A stretch of 54,584 bases of DNA. Source: Minisyncoccota bacterium. Its GTDB lineage: Bacteria > Patescibacteriota > Minisyncoccia > Phycocordibacterales > JABMNX01. The first letter of the stretch is position 1; each line of letters begins with the position of its first letter. The notes beneath the pieces are model-generated. The model was given only the letters and a program-made list of their open reading frames with translations. It was not told the DNA's origin and searched no databases. Below are positions 43,833-54,500 of the stretch, piece by piece. Where the stretch lies: assembly GCA_040876885.1 (NCBI GenBank), contig JBBDOU010000005.1:38620-93203 (forward strand), in the 5' to 3' direction. A program made the position numbers and the translations under genes.

Positions 43833-46367
43833 ATGATTTCGTTTAAAAAACTTTTTGGTGATGAACATAAGGCAAAACTAAAAGGACTTACTCCTATAGT
43901 CGAGAAGGTCAACTCTTTTGAGGAACTAACGAGCGGATATACCGATAGTGAGCTTGCTGGTAAAACAGAAGCTTTTAAAGGACGTCTTGCTGAAGGAGAG
44001 TCGCTGGAGAGTATTCTCCCCGAGGCCTTTGCGGTTATTCGTGAAGCCTCAAAAAGGACCTTAGGTCAGCGACACTTCGATGTACAGTTAATGGGAGGTA
44101 TTGCGCTTCATCAGGGAAATATTTCAGAAATGAGGACTGGTGAAGGTAAGACCCTTGTTGCAACACTTCCAGTATATTTAAATGCTCTTTCGGGTAAGGG
44201 TGTGCATGTGGTAACAGTTAATGATTATTTATCCCGACGAGATGGTGTGTGGATGGGACAGATTTATACTTTTCTTGGGTTGTCAGTTGGTGTAATTAAT
44301 CAAAACGAGTCTTTTTTATATGACAAAGACCATGTCGCAGATACTCATGACGATGAGGTTCGGGATGAGCTCGGGTCTTTTAAAGTGATCCATGAATTTT
44401 TACGACCGGTAAGTCGGAAAGAAGCCTATGGTGCAGATATCACATACGGGACAAATAATGAGTTCGGCTTTGATTATCTTCGGGATAATATTGAATACGA
44501 AAATACTGAACTGAGACAACGTGGACATAACTTTGTTGTTGTTGATGAAATTGACTCTATTTTAATTGATGAAGCTCGAACACCGCTCATCATTTCTTCT
44601 CAAGCAGGAGACTCAGAGAACCTCTATGAGATATTTGCTGATATTTCAAAAAAACTCCATAAAGATGAGGATTATACCGTTGACGAGAAACAGAAAGCTA
44701 TTTCTTTGACTGACGATGGAATTGAAAAAGTAGAAAAAATCTTGGGTGTAGATAATATTTATACCGATAAGGGTATAAAATTTGTGCACCACTTAGAGAC
44801 AGCGGTCCGAGCCAAGGCGTTATTTGAAAAAGATAAAGAGTATATCGTAAAAGATGGCGAGGTTGTTATTGTGGATGAGTTCACTGGGCGCCTTCAGCCA
44901 GGGCGTCGTTGGTCTGAGGGATTACACCAAGCAATTGAGGCACTTGAAGGGGTGGCAATTCAAAAAGAGTCCCGGACCTTTGCTTCTATTACATTTCAGA
45001 ACTACTTTAGACTCTACACCAAATTAGCAGGTATGACCGGTACCGCACTTACTTCGACAGAAGAATTTTATAAAGTCTACGGACTTGATGTGGTGCCTAT
45101 TCCCACAAACATAGAACCAAAGAGAATAGATAAAGAAGACTTGATATACCAGAGTGAGATTGGAAAGTTTAAGGCTACTGCAAAGAAAGTAAAAGAATTA
45201 CATGAGAAAGGACAGCCAGTGCTTATTGGTACTGTTTCAATTGAACGGAATGAATTATTGAGCGCATTTTTAAAAAAAGAGGGAGTGGTGCATCAAACAC
45301 TAAATGCTAAGAACCACGAACACGAGGGAGAGATAATTGCGCAAGCAGGACGTAAGGGGAACGTAACAATAGCTACCAACATGGCAGGGCGCGGGGTAGA
45401 CATTAAACTCGGAGGAAATCCTTGTACTGACGAAGAACACGAAGAAGTTAAAGCTCTTGGCGGGCTCTTTGTCCTTGGAACCGAGCGTCATGAAGCACGA
45501 CGTATTGATAATCAGCTCCGTGGCCGTTCAGGCCGACAAGGTGACCCGGGAGAAACACAGTTCTTTGTCTCTTTAGAGGACTCTCTTATGCGAGTGTTCG
45601 CGTCTGATATGATAAAAAATATGATGGGTCGGTTTGGCATTCCAGAGGACCAGCCTATTGAAAATAAGATGATTACACGCTCTCTTGAGTCTGCCCAGAC
45701 AAAGATTGAAGGTTTTCACTTCGATGCGCGAAAGCACGTACTTCAGTATGATGATGTTTTGAATCAACAGCGAATGATTGTCTATAAACAAAGGAGGAAA
45801 CTTCTTACCGGAACATCTGACGAAGTAGCACTGGTTCTTGATGGTGTGATAGCAGGAGACACAAAACTTCTTAAAAGTGCTTCAGAAAAGAAAGAACTCT
45901 TAGGAGAAGAGGAATTTATTAAGACTGTGCGCAGAATGTTACTACAGACGATTGATATGCTTTGGGTAGAGCACTTAGAGATGATGGACTACATGCGCTC
46001 AAGTGTTAACTTGCGCGCGTATGGTCAACGGGACCCACTTGTAGAATATAAAAAAGAAGGACTACAGATGTTTCGTGAGATGGAGGAGTCTTTTAAACAC
46101 CAGGTCAGGAATCTGTTGCCAAATATCGGCGCGGGAGCGTTTGCACGTGAAGAACAGAAGTTGAAGGAGATTCATGAAAATGTCCGTCTTGGAGACTCAG
46201 GTGGAGATAAGGGCACTATAACTAAAGACACTTCTTCAGAAGGGGCTTTAAAGATTGGAAGGAACGACCTTGTCACCATAACTGACGGAAAAGAGACTAA
46301 GGAGATGAAGTATAAGAAGGCTGAAGATTTAATTCAGAGCGGGGTATGGAAAATAGTAAGGAAGTAA
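43833..46367 (+). CDS. secA: Preprotein translocase ATPase SecA
   Basis: Trimmed from ORF 43815. MRTGEGKTLVATLP (Walker A), VVDEIDSILIDEARTPLIIS, TNMAGRGVDIKLGG, LRGRSGRQGDPGE. The tail reads KIGRNDLVTIT and has no cysteines. Confidence 0.95.
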   Translation: MISFKKLFGDEHKAKLKGLTPIVEKVNSFEELTSGYTDSELAGKTEAFKGRLAEGESLESILPEAFAVIREASKRTLGQRHFDVQLMGGIALHQGNISEMRTGEGKTLVATLPVYLNALSGKGVHVVTVNDYLSRRDGVWMGQIYTFLGLSVGVINQNESFLYDKDHVADTHDDEVRDELGSFKVIHEFLRPVSRKEAYGADITYGTNNEFGFDYLRDNIEYENTELRQRGHNFVVVDEIDSILIDEARTPLIISSQAGDSENLYEIFADISKKLHKDEDYTVDEKQKAISLTDDGIEKVEKILGVDNIYTDKGIKFVHHLETAVRAKALFEKDKEYIVKDGEVVIVDEFTGRLQPGRRWSEGLHQAIEALEGVAIQKESRTFASITFQNYFRLYTKLAGMTGTALTSTEEFYKVYGLDVVPIPTNIEPKRIDKEDLIYQSEIGKFKATAKKVKELHEKGQPVLIGTVSIERNELLSAFLKKEGVVHQTLNAKNHEHEGEIIAQAGRKGNVTIATNMAGRGVDIKLGGNPCTDEEHEEVKALGGLFVLGTERHEARRIDNQLRGRSGRQGDPGETQFFVSLEDSLMRVFASDMIKNMMGRFGIPEDQPIENKMITRSLESAQTKIEGFHFDARKHVLQYDDVLNQQRMIVYKQRRKLLTGTSDEVALVLDGVIAGDTKLLKSASEKKELLGEEEFIKTVRRMLLQTIDMLWVEHLEMMDYMRSSVNLRAYGQRDPLVEYKKEGLQMFREMEESFKHQVRNLLPNIGAGAFAREEQKLKEIHENVRLGDSGGDKGTITKDTSSEGALKIGRNDLVTITDGKETKEMKYKKAEDLIQSGVWKIVRK

Positions 46368-46368
46368 T

Positions 46369-46497
46369 ATGCGTTCAAAAGAAGAATTACATCATTTCCA
46401 GTGCGATATATGTAAAAAATGGTGGACCATCGGAGATGCACCAGAAGACAAAGTAGAGTGGTTCTGTTCGTGGTGTGGTGAAAAGCAAAATCAATAA
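46369..46497 (+). CDS. Zinc-ribbon mini-protein (42 aa), below the ORF-track cutoff
   Basis: MRSKEELHHFQCDICKKWWTIGDAPEDKVEWFCSWCGEKQNQ*. CxxC-16-CxxC. ATG is 1 nt after the secA stop, preceded by AGGAAG. Confidence 0.5.
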   Translation: MRSKEELHHFQCDICKKWWTIGDAPEDKVEWFCSWCGEKQNQ

Positions 46498-46515
46498 TGA
46501 TATAATTAAGTATCT

Positions 46516-47004
46516 ATGAATGAAAACAAATTTCTCCACGAAGTACCTATTACTGCCATTATCGTAAAAGATGGAAAGTACTTGCTTATTCGACGAGTAA
46601 AGACCAAGAAAAAATTCCCGGGAATGTGGACGGTTCCGGGTGGACGGTTAGAACCAGCTGACTATCAAGACTCTCCAAAAGACACCGAGCACCATTGGTA
46701 TAATATTGTTGAGAAGACTCTTAAAAGAGAAGTAAGAGAAGAAGTCGGTCTTGAAATAGAAGATATCGAGTATCTCACCAGCATTACCATGATGGTTGGA
46801 GAGTACCCTTCGCTTATCCTTTCTTTTATTGCTCGATACAAAAGTGGGGAAGTACTCTTGCAGGAAGAAGAGCTCGATAAAGCTGAGTGGGTAACATTAG
46901 AAGAGGCAAAAGAATATGATCTTATCGAGGGTATATATGATGAATTAGTTATGGCAGAGAACCATCAGAGGGGAATTAAAGGAGCGTGGCAGAAGGTAGG
47001 TTAG
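46516..47004 (+). CDS. NUDIX hydrolase
   Basis: Nudix box GGRLEP..x..LKREVREEVGLEI. Confidence 0.85.
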   Translation: MNENKFLHEVPITAIIVKDGKYLLIRRVKTKKKFPGMWTVPGGRLEPADYQDSPKDTEHHWYNIVEKTLKREVREEVGLEIEDIEYLTSITMMVGEYPSLILSFIARYKSGEVLLQEEELDKAEWVTLEEAKEYDLIEGIYDELVMAENHQRGIKGAWQKVG

Positions 47005-47048
47005 CAAGCAAGGACCCTTGAAGAAGGGTCTTAAATGGTATATAAAGA

Positions 47049-47390
47049 GTGTATATGGGCATTATTACAAGATTACTCCTTACAGTGCTTGCACTGCTTT
47101 TAGTGTCGAACTATGTTCCCGGGATAACCGTCTCTAGTTTCTATATAGCACTTATTGTTGCAGTAGTGCTTGGTGTTGTGAGTGTAATATTAAAGCCGAT
47201 TTTAATTATTTTGACACTCCCTATTACACTCGTTACACTTGGGCTCTTCACGTTTGTTATAAATGCTGGACTGTTTTGGTTCGTATCGACGTTTATAGAT
47301 GGATTTACTGTTGATGGATTTATCCCGGCGTTCATTGGGGCGCTTATTGTTGCTCTTGTGCACTCACTTGCAGAGAAATTTACAGACTAG
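47049..47390 (+). CDS. Small 4-TM membrane protein, phage-holin-4_2 / DUF360-like
   Basis: LLVSNYVPGITV, ILKPILIILTLPITLVTLGLFTFVINA. The start may be ATG 47055. Confidence 0.6.
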   Translation: MYMGIITRLLLTVLALLLVSNYVPGITVSSFYIALIVAVVLGVVSVILKPILIILTLPITLVTLGLFTFVINAGLFWFVSTFIDGFTVDGFIPAFIGALIVALVHSLAEKFTD

Positions 47391-47476
47391 AAGGAAAGGG
47401 GCGGAAAAACATAATTATTGCTACAGGTTCCTGATGAGCATCAGGGCACGCAGTTAAAAGTCACTCAAAAGACGAT

Positions 47477-48460
47477 ATGAAATTTATTGATGAAATAACA
47501 CTATCAGTTAAAGCCGGTAATGGTGGCGACGGCGTGGTTCGTTGGCTTCAGCAAAGAATAAATCCTCGCGGAGGTCCAGCGGGAGGAAATGGTGGTAAAG
47601 GTGGAGATGTGTTTGCACGCGCTGTTCGTGATATTAATATTTTATCGAAGTACCGAGGGAACAATAGTTTTGTTGCAGAGAATGGCGGTAGTGGTAGAAA
47701 GACAAGCCAACATGGAAAAAATGGTGAAGATTTGTTTATACCGCTACCCATTGGTGCTGTTGTTACTAATCAGACCACTGGAGAAAGTTTTGAATTACTT
47801 GAGGATGGGCAGGAAGCATTAATGCTCTCTGGTGGCTATGGGGGATTAGGTAATGAACATTTCAAAAGCTCAACCAATGTAGCTCCAAAACAATGGACAC
47901 CTGGTAAACCGGGTGGTGCATCCGATTTTTATATTGAGCTTGCGCTTATTGCTGATGTTGGACTTATTGGACTTCCTAATGCAGGTAAGTCCAGTTTGCT
48001 TAATGTACTCACCCATGCAGAAGCAAAGGTGGGGAGTTATCAATTCACGACGCTTGACCCAAACCTCGGAGATTTTTACGGATACATTCTTGCGGATATT
48101 CCAGGAATAATTGAGGGAGCTTCTCTTGGTAAAGGCCTAGGACATAAATTCTTACGTCACATTACACGAACAAAGATGCTCATCCACTGCATATCATTAG
48201 AGAGCTCGGATCCGATGAAAGAATATAGAACTATTCGTCATGAGTTGAGTTCGTACAACAAAGAGCTTGAAGGTAAAAAAGAGATACTGGTACTGACTAA
48301 GAGCGACCTTGTTCCAGAGGAACTCCATGAAGAAACGAGGAAGAGTATCTCAAAAGAAACAAAACAAGAAGTCTTTATTGTCTCCATTCTGGATGATGAA
48401 AGTGTTAAACAATTTTCAGATACACTCACGAGACTTTTAAAAGAGGAAACTAGTAAATAA
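47477..48460 (+). CDS. obg: GTPase Obg/CgtA
   Basis: MKFIDEITLSVKAGNGGDG glycine-rich Obg fold. G1 GLPNAGKSS. DIPGIIEGA. TKSD. Confidence 0.9.
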   Translation: MKFIDEITLSVKAGNGGDGVVRWLQQRINPRGGPAGGNGGKGGDVFARAVRDINILSKYRGNNSFVAENGGSGRKTSQHGKNGEDLFIPLPIGAVVTNQTTGESFELLEDGQEALMLSGGYGGLGNEHFKSSTNVAPKQWTPGKPGGASDFYIELALIADVGLIGLPNAGKSSLLNVLTHAEAKVGSYQFTTLDPNLGDFYGYILADIPGIIEGASLGKGLGHKFLRHITRTKMLIHCISLESSDPMKEYRTIRHELSSYNKELEGKKEILVLTKSDLVPEELHEETRKSISKETKQEVFIVSILDDESVKQFSDTLTRLLKEETSK

Positions 48461-48479
48461 ATTGCAGTACCAATAATAA

Positions 48480-48503
48480 AAACCTAGCGATATATCGCTA
48501 GGT
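48480..48503 (+). terminator. Terminator-like hairpin after obg
   Basis: AAACCTAGCG-ATAT-CGCTAGGTTT. The T tract is weak. Confidence 0.45.
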
Positions 48504-48590
48504 TTGTGAGGTAGTGCATATATTGTCAGTAGGGAATAGAGTCAAAAGATTACTTTCAGAAAGTAGGGTGATTTGGTATAGTACTTACTA

Positions 48591-50000
48591 ATGAAATACA
48601 CACCGACTATTGGGCTTGAAATCCACGCAGAACTTAAGACAAAAACTAAGATGTTCTGCAGTTCAAAAAACGATCCAGACGAAAAGAAGCCAAACACAAA
48701 TATATGTCCGGTGTGTATGGCGCATCCTGGAACACTGCCTGTTATAAACAAAGAGGCTGTAAAGCATGTACTAAAGATGGGGCTGGCACTCAACGGGACA
48801 CTTGCAGATTTTACAGAGTTTGATAGGAAAAATTATTTTTATCCTGACATCCCCAAAGGGTATCAAATCAGTCAATATAAATACCCACTTGTATCAGGTG
48901 GGAGTCTTAACGGGGTAGCATTAACACGGATTCATTTGGAGGAAGACACTGCTCGTTCAGTGCATGATGCAGGAGAAAAAAGTTTGCTTGATTTTAATCG
49001 GGCTGGAATACCGCTTATGGAACTTGTTACTGAACCTGTTATAACTGACGCGGAGTCCGCGGGAGATTTTGCGCGTGAGCTTCAACTGCTCTTGCGAAGT
49101 CTTGGAGCAGGAGACGCGCACATGGAAAAAGGGGAGATGCGCGTTGAGGCTAACATATCAGTAAGTAGCTCAGATAGTATGGGAACAAAGGTTGAGGTAA
49201 AGAATCTGAACTCGTTTAAGGTAGTTGAGAAGGCGATAGCGTATGAGATAGAAAGACAAAAGAAAGTACTTGAGAAAGGAGGTAGTGTACTTCAGGAAAC
49301 GCGTGGCTGGGATGAGAACAAGCAAGTTACCTTTTCACAAAGAATAAAGGAAGAAGCCCATGACTACCGGTACATGCCTGACCCTGATTTACCAAAATTA
49401 AAAATCTCGGAGGTCCGAGAATTTGAAAATGGGCTTTTATTAAGTGAGCTACCAGAGCTTCCTTGGGAAAAAAGAAAGAGATATATCCAAGATCTCGGCA
49501 TTAAAGAACAAGATATTAATGTCTTTATATACAATGAAGAATATCGGACTCTTTTAGAGGACTTTGTTATACCTGCATTTCAGAATGAAAGTAAAAAATT
49601 TAGCTTAGCTATTAACTATATCGCCTCTGATGTTGTGGGAATAAGTTCTCGGATGAGCGAGGATGTGATTCCTTTAAATAATAATTTTATTGAACTTATA
49701 GAGATGGTGAGTGCGAATATAATCTCTTCACGAGGAGCAAAGGATGTTTTAGTGATACTGCTTAAAGATGGAGGGTCTCCCGCTGACATAGCAAAAGCAT
49801 TAGGAGTGGTTCAGGAAAATAGTCTAGAGGCACTTCAAGATTTAGTAAATGAAATCATCTCGGATAACCAAGGTGTTGTTAAAGAGTATAAAGACGGAAA
49901 AGAAACAGCACTACAGTTTTTAATTGGACAAGGTATGAAGAAAAGTAAAGGTTCTGCCAACCCTGAGATTCTAAAAGAAATCTTAGTGAAATCCCTTTAA
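48591..50000 (+). CDS. gatB: Asp-tRNA(Asn)/Glu-tRNA(Gln) amidotransferase subunit B
   Basis: PTIGLEIHAELKTKTKMFC, CPVCMAHPGTLPV, YFYPDIPKGYQISQ, DFNRAGIPLMELVTEP, and a C-terminal GatB/YqeY domain. Confidence 0.9.
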   Translation: MKYTPTIGLEIHAELKTKTKMFCSSKNDPDEKKPNTNICPVCMAHPGTLPVINKEAVKHVLKMGLALNGTLADFTEFDRKNYFYPDIPKGYQISQYKYPLVSGGSLNGVALTRIHLEEDTARSVHDAGEKSLLDFNRAGIPLMELVTEPVITDAESAGDFARELQLLLRSLGAGDAHMEKGEMRVEANISVSSSDSMGTKVEVKNLNSFKVVEKAIAYEIERQKKVLEKGGSVLQETRGWDENKQVTFSQRIKEEAHDYRYMPDPDLPKLKISEVREFENGLLLSELPELPWEKRKRYIQDLGIKEQDINVFIYNEEYRTLLEDFVIPAFQNESKKFSLAINYIASDVVGISSRMSEDVIPLNNNFIELIEMVSANIISSRGAKDVLVILLKDGGSPADIAKALGVVQENSLEALQDLVNEIISDNQGVVKEYKDGKETALQFLIGQGMKKSKGSANPEILKEILVKSL

Positions 50001-50118
50001 GTAAAGTTATTTCGCCCAAACGACTTTATAAAAAATACAGGTTTGTGCATCTTAAAAACATACTTTAATCCACACACCTTGCTATCTTTATCTTCTCGTA
50101 CTGGCGTATAATACGTAT

Positions 50119-51318
50119 ATGGAAAGTCTCATTATTGAAGGTAAAAATTACATCTCGTCAAAACGAGCAGCAGAGCTCATGGGGTACACACAAGACTACG
50201 TTGGGCAGTTAGCTCGTGGTGGAAAAATCTCGGCTCAGAGGATTAGTGGTATTTGGTATGTTAGTGAAGACGAGTTTTCTGGTTCTTCTTCTGTACATTT
50301 GAATAAAAAAGAGGGTCATATAGATTCTCTATCAAAAAGGATACGTGACGAAAAAGCTAATGAGGTAGCGACAAGTAATGAGTCTTATGCTGTAACGAGC
50401 TCTGAAAAAAATAAGACAAAAATAACGTTGGAGGGGATTGATTATATCTCGTCAAAACGAGCAGCTAAAATTATGGGATATACCCAGGACTATATTGGAC
50501 AACTTTGCCGAGCTGGAAAAATTGAATCCCGACAGATTGGTAGAAGTTGGTACATACCAGAATCAGTGGTAAAAAAAGATATTCAAGGAAAATCTCGGGA
50601 AGCTAAAGTTAATGAAACAGAAGTTAGTCTTAAAGAAGAGAGTTTGAGTAACATCCTCGAATTTAAAAAAGATACTGATACAGAAACAAATAAATCACCT
50701 GCGGATGAGCCAGCTTCCTCTGTTGAGCTTAACGTAGTTCAAAAACCTCAAGAAAAGAATGAAATACCAGTAGCTACAGAGATAGAAGAAGAGAAAAGCT
50801 CTGTTATGGATGCTGGGTACGTGTACCCGTCGTTTCTTAGCGCAGAGTATTCAGTGGACAGTGCTCCTTTAATGCCAGCTCCTAAGCGCACATACAACCC
50901 TGTATTACATGAAATAGTATCTAACTCTCGAGACAATAAAGATGAAAATACTGTGTCGTTGAATCGTCCTGTACGCCCCACGACTTCAAGAAATTTACAA
51001 CAAGTTCTACAAAAAAGGGTTTCCCGGGCAATAATTGAATCAAAAGAAGAGAGTCTAGCACTGCGGCCACCAGTATCTTTAATAAAACTAACTTCGGTGG
51101 CTACCGGTGTGGTTTTGGTAGCCTCTTTGTTTACTTTCATACCTCAAAAAACGGTATTTAACTCTTTTACAGGGACATTGGAGACTATTTCATTGTTTGC
51201 ACAGATCTCTGCAAACGCTACAGCCATAGATTCTGTTGACGGTAGCTCTTTTATAGAGTCTTTCGCAGTGTACGCCAGTAGTTTTTTTGAAGACACGATA
51301 GAGTACAAGGCAAAATAA
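50119..51318 (+). CDS. Membrane-anchored protein with two tandem excisionase/MerR-like HTH (HTH_17-type) modules
   Basis: NYISSKRAAELMGYTQDYVGQLARGGKISAQRISGIWYV and DYISSKRAAKIMGYTQDYIGQLCRAGKIESRQIGRSWYI. Acidic linker. TM segment LTSVATGVVLVASLFTFI near the C-terminus. Confidence 0.65.
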   Translation: MESLIIEGKNYISSKRAAELMGYTQDYVGQLARGGKISAQRISGIWYVSEDEFSGSSSVHLNKKEGHIDSLSKRIRDEKANEVATSNESYAVTSSEKNKTKITLEGIDYISSKRAAKIMGYTQDYIGQLCRAGKIESRQIGRSWYIPESVVKKDIQGKSREAKVNETEVSLKEESLSNILEFKKDTDTETNKSPADEPASSVELNVVQKPQEKNEIPVATEIEEEKSSVMDAGYVYPSFLSAEYSVDSAPLMPAPKRTYNPVLHEIVSNSRDNKDENTVSLNRPVRPTTSRNLQQVLQKRVSRAIIESKEESLALRPPVSLIKLTSVATGVVLVASLFTFIPQKTVFNSFTGTLETISLFAQISANATAIDSVDGSSFIESFAVYASSFFEDTIEYKAK

Positions 51319-51340
51319 TGACATAATTTTTACCTAGAAA

Positions 51341-51372
51341 CATCATCTCGTTAAAACGAGGTGGTGTTTTTT
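51341..51372 (+). terminator. Rho-independent terminator
   Basis: CATCATCTCG-TTAAAA-CGAGGTGGTG (10-bp stem with two G-T pairs) followed by TTTTTT. Confidence 0.75.
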
Positions 51373-51508
51373 CTGTTTTTCTAAAAATTTTTTCTTTTCT
51401 ATCACACTTAAATTTTAAAAGACATTTTTAAAAGACTTTTCCCCATATAAAAAGACATGTCCTTAAAAAAATACTGTAAACTATAGTTAATTCGTGTTAG
51501 CGACCATT

Positions 51509-54500
51509 ATGCAAAACGGTGTCTTTTTAAATAATATAAAATACCTTTCTTCAAAAGAGGCTGGAGATTATTCTGGATATACGCATGACTATATTTCACG
51601 TCTGTGTCGTAGTGGGAAAATTCCAGGGACTAAGGTTGGGAAAGTATGGTTTGTTGAAGCTGAGTCTTTTCAGAAATTTTTAGAGAATCACGGAGACCAT
51701 AAAAATGAGGTTTGTCAAAATCTTTCTAAGGAAAGAAAAGAAGAATATCAGGACTCCTTAGAAGAAAAAGAAGTAAAAGAGCTTTCTCAATTTTCTCTGC
51801 CAAAGATTACAATCCCAAAATACATTTCCCAAGAAGTGTTTGCGGTCTCTTTGTCAGTGCTCGTGGTCTTTGGGACATATTTAGTGAAAGACGAACCATT
51901 TGTATACGCTACGTTTGAAAACTCAAAGGAACGGGTTAGCGCACAACTTGTGTCAACACAAGAGAATCTTAAGAATTTTAAAAATGGAATTCATGACGGA
52001 TTAGAAGATTCTTCTCAAAAAATGATTGCTTCTGTTTTTGAAGTTACCAGTGAAGAATCTATTGATAATTTTAAGTCCTCCTCTAAAGAATTTCTTACCT
52101 ATGAGAATCTATTTAATACAACCGTTCATCTAATTACAGGTACTCGTGACGGCATTAATAATAGTCTTGCGTCGTATCTAGAATTCATTAATACTGCTGG
52201 TGATGTTATTGTTGCCACGTCTTATAAAGTACTTGATTTTGAAAGAGGATTTTCTTTCAACGATTTGAGATTTAAAGATACTGTAGATGTTATCGCACTC
52301 TCAAAAGAGAGTGTATCGAAAGCAGTAGATGCTGTGAAAAATAAAAGTATTGGTGTGTATGGAAACGCAATCTCGAATGTTTCGAATATACAGTCTGCGG
52401 TTAAAGATGTGCCCAATAATCTATCCGCGGTAAGTTTCTCTACAATACCTAATTTCTTTGAAGGAATTGCCGAAGGTGCACGGACAAGGATAGCCTCATG
52501 GCTTAAATTTGGAGAGAGTGAAGAATCGCCCCAAGAAGAAAAAGAAATAGTACAGACTGTTATAAACCAGCCGGTGATTGAGCGGGTTGTCGAAACAGAG
52601 CGGGTGGTGGTTACATCTGGGATAACAGAAGAAGATGTGACGTTGGGTCTCGAACAGCTCAACAACAAGCTTTCTGCTGAGATATACCGTCTCTCTGACA
52701 TTAATGCGGGCAACATCATTAACAACTACAATGTCATTTCCCATACTAACAAAATAGATACTTTAAAAAGTGTCGCGATTACCAGCTCTACGTTTGTAGA
52801 CGGTACTATTAGTGGCAGTACGTCATTTTCTGGTACGACCGGCTCTTTTAGTGGGGCTGTTTCAGTAGCGTCACTGGCTGTGTCTGGAGACACAGCCTTA
52901 GCAGGTAGTTTGTCGCTCGGCGGGCTTACCGTAGACACTGCTGGGCTGGTGTATGCATCTTCGTCAAAAAACGTTGGTATTGGTACATCAACACCGTACG
53001 CGAAGCTTTCTGTTGTCGGACAAGTCGTCGGTGAGTACTTTACCGCGACGAGTACTACAGCAACGTCAACATTTTCTGGAGGTCTTCTTGCAACGAGAGC
53101 CCCAACAACCCCCCACACGTTTTCTTCTTGGACCACAGGAGCAACAAACAGCGCTTTATTTGATGCAGCGTTCGTTGTGAATCCAGCGAGTGCTGTCTCG
53201 GACTCTAACTTAATCTCAGCAGGGGTTGGTGGCTCCGTTAGGTTCTTGGTGGACGCAGAAGGGGACGTGTTTGTGAATAACTTAACCTCCGTTGGTTCCG
53301 TAACGCTCTCGACCACTTCAGCCTCCACTTTTACAGTTGAGGGTAATACAACACTCGGTGACTCAATCTCTGATACGACAGTAATCAACGGAACCCTGAC
53401 AGTAACAGGAGCAACCAGTGTCTCTACTACTGACGGTAACTTCGGTGTTGGTACCACGAGTCCGTGGGCACGACTTTCTGTCTCTGGAACATCAAATGAT
53501 TCGACAACACCGCTCTTGAGTATTTCTACCTCAACTGCGAGTGCTACCTCAACCGCGATTCAGGTTGACGCAAACGGTAAATTTGGTATTGGTACCTCAA
53601 CTCCATCTGAGCAGTTGTCGGTTGAAGGAAACGCACTTATTAACGGAACACTTACTTCGGGTGCGCTCACCACAACAGGCGCACTGACCGGGACGCATGT
53701 CACTGCAAATTCTACCTCCGCAACCTCAACATTTGCCGGGGGGCTTGCTGTCGAAACCTCAGGACTTGTCTATGACTATTCAACAAACAGAGTGGGTATT
53801 GGGACGGCGAGTCCTGCAGTGTCGTTACATATAAACGGAACAGACGGAATCATTATTCCCGTTGGTACTACGGCGCAACGCCCAACTGGGCAAACAGGGA
53901 CACTTCGATATAACACAACCTCTTCAACGTTTGAAGGATATAATGGTAGTACATGGTCCGGGCTTGGTGGTGTCATTGATGTTGATCAGGACACATATAT
54001 ATTAGCGGAGTCTTCTTCTGGGGCCGATGAAGATGTTCTGTTTTTCTTTACTGGGGGAAGTGAGAAGGCACGCCTTACCACAGCAGGAAATTTTGGCATC
54101 GGGACAACCTCACCATACGCAAAACTCTCGGTAGTTGGGGAAGTTGTTGCAAGTCACTTTACTGGGACGTCGACTTCGGCTTCTACTTTTATGGGTAATG
54201 TTGGAATTAATACACTGAATCCACAAGGACGACTTTCTATCTCATCTGCGAACCAGTCTCTTACATGGAGTCAGGTTGGAAGTGACTTGAATATTTCAGG
54301 TGCGGGTGTTCCCGCAGTTACCGCACTTTCGCCAAATCGGATTGCATTTGTTGATTCTAGTAATGACGACCTCCGCGTCTACGAATTCAATGGTTCTACA
54401 TGGTCGCAAGTCGGCGCTGGGCTAAATATAAACCTAGATAACCAAAGCATAACCGCACTTTCGCCAAATCGGATTGCATTTATTGACAGTGGCAATGCCG

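Noticed and set aside
52222-53976. Minus-strand ORFs 52222..52725, 52496..52744, 52726..53457 and 53776..53976
   Set aside because: They are antisense to a continuous + strand frame (51509 to the window end) that contains recurring, coherent protein motifs. Their products are low-complexity (S/T/V/P-rich), as expected for the reverse complement of a Thr/Ser/Gly-rich gene.
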